NCBI GenBank assembly: GCA_016219275.1
Contig: JACRBM010000091.1
Coordinates: 12,154 to 44,153, forward strand
Source of the DNA: Chloroflexota bacterium
GTDB taxonomy: Bacteria > Chloroflexota > Anaerolineae > UBA4142
Length of the DNA: 32,000 bases
Direction of reading: 5' to 3'
In this document: piece after piece, positions 26,379 to 32,000 of the stretch
Position numbering within the stretch: the stretch's first letter is position 1
Layout: the number at the start of each line of letters is the position of its first letter
Translations under genes and position numbers: made by a program
The notes under the pieces: generated by a model
What the model saw: only the letters and a program-made list of their open reading frames with translations
Databases searched by the model: none
Told to the model about the DNA's origin: nothing

Positions 26379-27347
26379 GTGAAAATTTCACTCATCATCA
26401 CCGTCAAGAACGAAGCGGACGCGCTGCCGCGTTTGCTGGATTCGATTGCCGCGCAGACGCTCGCGCCAGACGACATCGTCGTCGTGGACGGCGGCTCGAC
26501 CGACGCGACGCTCGCGGTGTTGCGCGCGGCGATGACGCGGTTGCCGGTGCGCGTGATCGTCGAACCGGGCGCGAACATTTCGCGCGGACGCAACCTTGCG
26601 ATTCACGCGGCAACTGGTGACATTATCGGTTCGACCGACGCGGGGGTGCGGCTCGACGCGGGCTGGGTCGAGGAATTGGTCAAGCCCTTCGACCACCGAC
26701 CACCAACCGCCGACGTGGTTGCCGGCTTTTTCGTGCCCGACCCGCGCGGCGCGTTCGAGACCGCGCTCGCCGCGACAACGCTTCCCGCGCTCGCGGACAT
26801 TCGTCCTGAAAAGTTTCTGCCCTCGTCGCGTTCGATTGCGTTTCGCAAATCCGCGTGGGAGCAAGTGCGCGGCTATCCTGAATGGCTCGACTTTTGCGAA
26901 GACTTGATTTTCGATTTCGATTTGCAACGCGCCGGTTTTCGATTCGCGTTTGCGCCACGCGCGGTCGCGCATTTTCGCCCGCGTCCCAGTTTGCGCGCGT
27001 TCTTCAAGCAGTACTATCAGTACGCGCGCGGCGACGGCAAAGCGAATCTATGGTTCACGCGCCACGTGATTCGTTACCTCACGTACCTCGTCGCGTTGCC
27101 GCTCGCGCTCGTCGTCACATTCGTGATACCGCTCGTCGCGCTCGCGTTGTGGCTCGGCGCGTTTTGCGGAATGTTCTTTACGCCGTACAAACGCCTCGCG
27201 CGAATGCTGGGTGATCTCACATTCGCCGAACGCGTGTCCGCGTGCGCGTGGGTTCCGCTCATCCGCGTCACCGGCGACATCGCGAAAATGATCGGCTATC
27301 CGGTGGGCGTAGTATGGCGCATTCGACATCGTTCAATCTTCAAGTGA
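26379..27347 (+). CDS. Glycosyltransferase family 2 protein
   Basis: From GTG 26379: KISLIITVKNEADALPRLLDSIAAQTLAPDDIVVVDGGSTDAT; C-terminal TMs. Confidence 0.9.
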   Translation: MKISLIITVKNEADALPRLLDSIAAQTLAPDDIVVVDGGSTDATLAVLRAAMTRLPVRVIVEPGANISRGRNLAIHAATGDIIGSTDAGVRLDAGWVEELVKPFDHRPPTADVVAGFFVPDPRGAFETALAATTLPALADIRPEKFLPSSRSIAFRKSAWEQVRGYPEWLDFCEDLIFDFDLQRAGFRFAFAPRAVAHFRPRPSLRAFFKQYYQYARGDGKANLWFTRHVIRYLTYLVALPLALVVTFVIPLVALALWLGAFCGMFFTPYKRLARMLGDLTFAERVSACAWVPLIRVTGDIAKMIGYPVGVVWRIRHRSIFK

Positions 27348-27361
27348 AAAGGAACCAGCCA

Positions 27362-28981
27362 ATGCGTATCCTGAAACCTGGGTCGCGCGTGATTGCCATA
27401 CTTTTGAGCGCGGCGTTGTTGAGCGCGTGCGACGCGTTGATCGCAACGCCCACACCGATTCCACCAACGGCAACCCCGGTCACGCCGACGCCGACCGCGA
27501 CCGCGACGATTACGCCAACCCCGACCGCGACCGCGACGATCACACCCACACCAACCGCGACGGCAACGCCCACACCAACCGCGACGCCGACGGTCGCGCA
27601 AGCCAAGCCGCTTACGTTCGCGCACCCGGTGACGGTGCTGCCAACCCAGGTTTTGCGCGCGAGTATTGCGCCGCGGCAGTTTGTCGCGGACTCGGCTGAT
27701 GAACTCGCCGCGAACCAACTCATCGCGCCGCGCGGCGCAACGCCATCCGCGATCACGCGCACCCAAGCGGAACAAGACACGCGCTTTTTCTTCCGTTTGC
27801 TCAAACATGGTTATGCGGGGTACGGTGTCTTTGGCGCGGAGGGTAATTTTGAGCGCGCGGAGAACGCGACCTTGCAAACGATCGCGCGCGAAACCACGTT
27901 GACGCCCACGCGTCTTGCCAGCGCACTGCGCGATAGTTTGTCGTTCATCCAAGATTGCCACTTTAACATCGGCGGAGACTCGCTGTTCAAAGATGCGGAC
28001 TATTTTTATTTCGATGGAATCCATTTCTTCAAAGAAGGCGAGCGTTATTACTATTGGGGCGCGAGCGGCAAAACATTCGTCACCGCCGTGAACGGCAAAG
28101 CGCCCGGCGAGTTTATAAAGTTGTCGCTCGCGCCGAACGGCGACCCGGTGTACCAACTGGGTGTTACCGCGACCCAGTATCCGAGCGAACTTGTCCTGGA
28201 TGGCGTCGCCGCCGATGGCAAGGTCCAACGCCAACGCGCACTCTGGAGTCGTTCGCCGCGTATCGGCGACCACACCACGTTCGCGCGTTATTTGGAGCAA
28301 GACGTTTCGGTCGTCGTCAGCCGATCGTTTTCCGATGCGACGGACGCGTTGCGAAAATTTAGAGAAGACGCCGAGAACCTCCGCATCGAGCCAATCGTCG
28401 TTTTGGATTTGCGCGGCAATACCGGCGGCTTGGTCTCCGTGCCGGGCGATTGGATCAACGGGCTGACATGGCGCGTGCCGGCATTTCCCTTCGTCCGCAC
28501 CGAAATCGAATCGCGCACCGTCCTCGCGGGCAAAATCAATATGCTTGCCACGCGCACGTTCGACGCGAATGAGTTGCAACTGTTATTCAAAGACTGGGAT
28601 TCGGGCAAAGCCACACGCCGTTGGAGCGATATCCGCGTGCCGGAATTCGCGCCGTTCCGGTGGCATCAATTGATGGTTGTGTTGATTGATGGTGAAACCG
28701 CGTCCGCCGGCGAAGTGATGGTCGGCTACCTGCGCCAGTTCGAACACGTCGTCATCGTCGGAGAAAATTCCGCGGGCTGTATCACCTACGGCGATGTGTC
28801 GCGCTATGTGTTGCCCAACTCGAATCTGAGTGTGTCGTTCGGTTCGGAATTATTCGTCATGCCCGATCTCACCGAATTCGAAGGCAAGGGTTTCGCGCCG
28901 GATTTGTGGGTACCCTCGAACAAGGCGCTGCCCTACGCAATTGCCGCGATCAAAAAGGGCTGGCTGAAGCCGCCGCCTTGA
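27362..28981 (+). CDS. S41-peptidase-like lipoprotein
   Basis: Lipobox LLSAC, Thr/Pro-rich linker; C-terminal PIVVLDLRGNTGG and VLIDGETASAGEVMVGYLRQ (Ser context of S41 peptidases). Confidence 0.8.
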   Translation: MRILKPGSRVIAILLSAALLSACDALIATPTPIPPTATPVTPTPTATATITPTPTATATITPTPTATATPTPTATPTVAQAKPLTFAHPVTVLPTQVLRASIAPRQFVADSADELAANQLIAPRGATPSAITRTQAEQDTRFFFRLLKHGYAGYGVFGAEGNFERAENATLQTIARETTLTPTRLASALRDSLSFIQDCHFNIGGDSLFKDADYFYFDGIHFFKEGERYYYWGASGKTFVTAVNGKAPGEFIKLSLAPNGDPVYQLGVTATQYPSELVLDGVAADGKVQRQRALWSRSPRIGDHTTFARYLEQDVSVVVSRSFSDATDALRKFREDAENLRIEPIVVLDLRGNTGGLVSVPGDWINGLTWRVPAFPFVRTEIESRTVLAGKINMLATRTFDANELQLLFKDWDSGKATRRWSDIRVPEFAPFRWHQLMVVLIDGETASAGEVMVGYLRQFEHVVIVGENSAGCITYGDVSRYVLPNSNLSVSFGSELFVMPDLTEFEGKGFAPDLWVPSNKALPYAIAAIKKGWLKPPP

Positions 28982-29016
28982 AGCCAACCTTGCGCCGGTT
29001 TCTCGTCAACGGAGTG

Positions 29017-30051
29017 ATGAAAATGACGACCGCTTTTCTTTATTCGCCGATTTTTCTCGAACACGCCGAGGAAGGGCATCCCGAATCGCCGGAGCGCCTC
29101 ACCGCGACGATGCGCGTGTTGAAAGAATCCGGTTTGCTCGAACGTCTCACCGCGCTCGAACCGGTTCCCGCAACCGACGCGCAACTCGAAGCGGCGCACA
29201 CGCGCGAACACGTCGCGCGCGTCAAGCAACTCGTCGCGCGCGGCGGCGGACATTTCGACCCGGACACGTACGCCAACGCGCGTTCGCTCGATGCGGCGCG
29301 GCTGGCGGCTGGCGCGGTCGTGCGCGGCGTAGACGCGGTAATGCAGCGCGAAGTAGACAACGCGTTCGCGCTCGCGCGACCGCCGGGACATCACGCCACG
29401 CGCCAACGCGCGATGGGTTTTTGTCTGTTCAATAATGTTGCCGTCGCCGCGCAACACGCGCTCGACGCGTTCGGTTTGGAACGCGTGCTGATCGTGGATT
29501 ACGACGTGCATCATGGCAACGGGACCCAGGATATTTTTTACAACACGCCGCGCGTCCTGTACTTTTCGACGCACCAATATCCGCACTATCCCGGCACCGG
29601 CGATTGGGATGAAATCGGCGCAGGCGATGGAACCGGCTTCACGGTCAATGTGCCATTGCCGGCCGGCGTCGGCGACGAAGGTTATCAACGCGTCTTTGAC
29701 GATTTGCTCGCGCCGCTGGCTGAACGGTACCACCCGCAGTTGATTCTCGCGTCCGTCGGGTTCGACGCGCACTGGCGCGATCCGCTCGCGATGCAAGGGC
29801 TGTCGCTCGCCGGGTACGCGTCGCTCGCGCGCACGCTCATCCTGCTCGCGCGCGATCTGTGCGATGGGCGCATCGTGTTCGCGCTCGAAGGCGGGTACGA
29901 TCTCGACGTGATCGCGCACGGCGTCGCGTCCACGTTTCGTGCGCTGCTCGGCGACGCGGACATTCCTGATCCGATTGGCGCGTCGCGCCGAGGCGAACGC
30001 GACATTACCGAATTGGTCGAGCATCTCAAGGGCGCGCATCGGCTCGTGTAA
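29017..30051 (+). CDS. Histone deacetylase/acetoin-utilisation (HDAC/AcuC/AphA) family amidohydrolase
   Basis: RPPGHHATRQRAMGFCLFNNVAVAAQ, VLIVDYDVHHGNGTQDIFY, ILASVGFDAHWRDPL, FALEGGYD. Confidence 0.93.
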   Translation: MKMTTAFLYSPIFLEHAEEGHPESPERLTATMRVLKESGLLERLTALEPVPATDAQLEAAHTREHVARVKQLVARGGGHFDPDTYANARSLDAARLAAGAVVRGVDAVMQREVDNAFALARPPGHHATRQRAMGFCLFNNVAVAAQHALDAFGLERVLIVDYDVHHGNGTQDIFYNTPRVLYFSTHQYPHYPGTGDWDEIGAGDGTGFTVNVPLPAGVGDEGYQRVFDDLLAPLAERYHPQLILASVGFDAHWRDPLAMQGLSLAGYASLARTLILLARDLCDGRIVFALEGGYDLDVIAHGVASTFRALLGDADIPDPIGASRRGERDITELVEHLKGAHRLV

Positions 30052-30074
30052 GCATTTGCCTGGCTCGTGAATGG

Positions 30075-30103
30075 TTGACCATTTACCCGAATTGTTGCAT
30101 AAT
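30075..30103 (+). promoter_or_regulatory. Candidate promoter TTGACC-17 nt-CATAAT
   Basis: TTGACC 30075-30080, CATAAT 30098-30103, upstream of ORF at 30191. Confidence 0.6.
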
Positions 30104-30190
30104 AGCGATACCCAAGATGTACCAAACCCTTGCGAAGGTTTGTGTGACCGGCGCAAGGTTGACCGTCAAAGTACTCGCTCGCGCGAGGAG

Positions 30191-32000
30191 ATGATTGTGG
30201 AAGATCGAGTAACCCTCACCGCGTACGCGGATGAAATCCGCGAATTGATCCACCACGACCGCAATACCGAAGCGATTGCGCTCTGTCGGCACATTTTGCG
30301 CTTTTACCCAAAGTGCGTTGACACCATCCGCCAGGTTGCGGAAGCGTGTTTGGAACAGCACGAATACGACGCCGCGCAGGATTTGTTTCGTCGCGTGCTC
30401 AGCGCGGACCCGGAAAATGCCGTCGCGTATGTCGGGCTGGCTTCGATTTTTGAAGAACGCCAACTGATGGATGAAGCGGTGTGGCACATGGAGCGCGCGT
30501 TCGAACTTTCGCCGGCGCATCCGGAAATTCACAAAGAACTGTTGCGTTTACACACGCTCAACTCGCGTAAAACGCGCGCGCGCTTGAAAATGACGCCCGG
30601 CGCGCTCGCGCGGTTGTACGCGTATCAGGGCTTGCTCGCGCAAGCGACCCAGGAATTGCGCGCAATTGTCGCGGGCGATCCCACGCGCCTCGACACGCGC
30701 ACCGCGCTCGTCGAAATGTTGTGGCGCACGGGACGCATCCACGAAGCCGCGCAGGTCGCGCAAGATTTGCTTGGACCGCTGCCGTACTGCCTCAAGGCGA
30801 ATTTGATTTTGGGCACTGCCTGGAAAGAGAGCGGCTTGCCGGAAAGCGAAGCGTACTTGCAACGCGCGCAACAACTCGACCCGACCAATCGCGTCGCGGC
30901 GAATCTACTCGGCGCGCGTTCACCGCTTTTGCCCGTCGAGCCGACCGTTCCGCGCTATGTCGAAGGCGCGCCAGCACCGGTCGTGACCATAACGCCAGTG
31001 GCGGCGCCAACGCCGTTTGACCTAACCGTGCCAGTGGAAGAAACTCCGTTCGCGCCAGAGCCGGAGGTCGTATCCGTTTTCGATCAAGCGCCCGCGCCAA
31101 CACCGACCGTCGAAATGCCGGCGGAATCGGCAACGGATGTTGAAATCGGTCCGTCTGCCAAACCGGAATTGCCGATCACGGCTTTGCCGCCGTGGTTGCG
31201 CGGCGAGGGTGTTCCGAGCACCGCCGAGACCTCGGAGATGCCGCCAGTCAAACCGGCGGTCGCGGAAGAAGGCACAGCATTGCCACAATGGATCAGCCAA
31301 GCGCCCGATGCAACCGCGCGCGAACCGGAAGAGATCCTGCCGCCCACTTGGCGCGACACGCTGGCGACGCCGGCGGAGGAGACCGCGCCAACGGATACCA
31401 CGTTCGATTGGCTCAACGTGTTGCGCCAAAAACAAATTGTAGAAGAACCCGCGCCCGAGGAACCGGAACCGCCGGCGATTTTCGTCGCGCAACCACCCGC
31501 AGAAATTCCGGCAGAACTCGCGCACGCGGAATCTGTTGAACCCGAATCCGAACTACCGTCAATTTTCGCCGAGCAACCCAGCGACGAAATTCCGGCGCAA
31601 CCCACGCGCGCGGAAACTGCCGAACCCGAATTCGAATTGCCGGCGATTTTTGCCGAGCAACCCAGCGACGAAATTCCGGCGCAACCCACGCGCGCGGAAA
31701 CTGCCGAACCCGAATTCGAATTGCCGGCGATTTTCGCCGGGCAACCCGGCGACGAAATTCCGGCGCAACCCACGCGCGCGGAAACTGCCGAACCCGAATT
31801 CGAATTACCGTCAATTTTCGCCGAGCAACCCGGCGAAGAAATTCCGGCGCAACCCACGCGTGCGGAAACTGCCGAACCCGAATTCGAATTGCCGGCGATT
31901 TTCGCCGGGCAACCCGGCGAGGAAATTCCGGCGCAACCCACGCGTGCGGAAACTGCCGAACCCGAATTCGAATTGCCGTCAATTTTTGCCGAGCAACCCG
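30191..32000 (+). CDS. Tetratricopeptide-repeat protein with long Pro/Glu-rich tandem-repeat C-terminus, incomplete at window end
   Basis: Manually translated from ATG 30191 (GAGGAG upstream): MIVEDRVTLTAYADEIRELIHHDRNTEAIALCRHILRFYPKCVDTIRQVAEACLEQHEYDAAQDLFRRVLSADPENAVAYVGLASIFEERQLMDEAVWHMERAFELSPAHPEIHKELL... No stop found to 32000. Not in the ORF track. Confidence 0.85.
   Translation, partial: MIVEDRVTLTAYADEIRELIHHDRNTEAIALCRHILRFYPKCVDTIRQVAEACLEQHEYDAAQDLFRRVLSADPENAVAYVGLASIFEERQLMDEAVWHMERAFELSPAHPEIHKELLRLHTLNSRKTRARLKMTPGALARLYAYQGLLAQATQELRAIVAGDPTRLDTRTALVEMLWRTGRIHEAAQVAQDLLGPLPYCLKANLILGTAWKESGLPESEAYLQRAQQLDPTNRVAANLLGARSPLLPVEPTVPRYVEGAPAPVVTITPVAAPTPFDLTVPVEETPFAPEPEVVSVFDQAPAPTPTVEMPAESATDVEIGPSAKPELPITALPPWLRGEGVPSTAETSEMPPVKPAVAEEGTALPQWISQAPDATAREPEEILPPTWRDTLATPAEETAPTDTTFDWLNVLRQKQIVEEPAPEEPEPPAIFVAQPPAEIPAELAHAESVEPESELPSIFAEQPSDEIPAQPTRAETAEPEFELPAIFAEQPSDEIPAQPTRAETAEPEFELPAIFAGQPGDEIPAQPTRAETAEPEFELPSIFAEQPGEEIPAQPTRAETAEPEFELPAIFAGQPGEEIPAQPTRAETAEPEFELPSIFAEQP
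31459..32000 (+). repeat. 84-bp (28-aa) coding tandem repeats
   Basis: Unit (A/S)IFA(E/G)QP(S/G)(D/E)EIPAQPTRAETAEPEFELP; the CGAATTCGAA landmark recurs at 31627, 31711, 31795, 31879, 31963 (period 84), with a diverged CGAATCCGAA at 31543. Confidence 0.95.

Noticed and set aside
27296-28579. 427-aa minus-strand ORF opposite the S41-like gene
   Set aside because: High-GC antisense shadow: Arg-rich, low-complexity product without domain motifs, and the + strand has lipobox and peptidase motifs.
28933-30156. 407-aa minus-strand ORF opposite the HDAC-family gene
   Set aside because: Antisense shadow of a clearly coding + strand gene with HDAC motifs.
31084-31941. 285-aa minus-strand ORF with Gly/Ser-rich repeats
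   Set aside because: Mirror of the 84-bp coding tandem repeats of the + strand TPR protein. The + strand has promoter, RBS and TPR motifs.
31459-32000. Possible CRISPR array (regularly spaced repeats)
   Set aside because: The whole 84-bp unit is conserved and stays in frame inside an ORF, with no variable spacers.

Overview
This GC-rich window looks chromosomal and Chloroflexi-like (inferred from protein style, not searched). It carries a large, mostly + strand carbohydrate-catabolism locus at about 1-20.8 kb. The locus contains: the start of a TalC-type transaldolase (- strand, left edge, absent from the ORF track); a divergent ROK repressor; an L-fucose/L-arabinose isomerase-family protein; a divergent triose-phosphate-isomerase paralog; a LarA-like protein; relics of an SLC13-type transporter and an IS1595-type transposase; a GH4 glycosidase; a LacI regulator; an ABC sugar importer (binding protein and two permeases, no ATPase); a zinc-type dehydrogenase; a Gfo/Idh/MocA oxidoreductase; a URO-D family protein; an SDR; a transaldolase; a methylmalonate-semialdehyde-dehydrogenase-like enzyme; and a B12-binding corrinoid protein. 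The most unusual gene content is a URO-D-type methyltransferase candidate plus corrinoid protein inside a sugar operon. I read two candidate operator systems directly: a pair of AATTATTCAA-N5-TTGAATAATT sites beside the ROK gene, and three LacI-type TGTnAnCGnTnACA sites around the GH4/LacI/ABC genes. Several families of palindromic spacer repeats punctuate the operon. The right part has recombinase and ISAs1 relics, a SWIM zinc-finger gene behind a structured leader and terminator, rdgB, a DsrE-like gene, a DUF4446-like gene, two GT2 glycosyltransferases, an S41-like lipoprotein, an HDAC-family protein, and a TPR protein with 84-bp tandem repeats that runs off the window (also absent from the track). 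No CRISPR array, rRNA or tRNA was recognised. All family calls are by eye from motifs; no database search was run.
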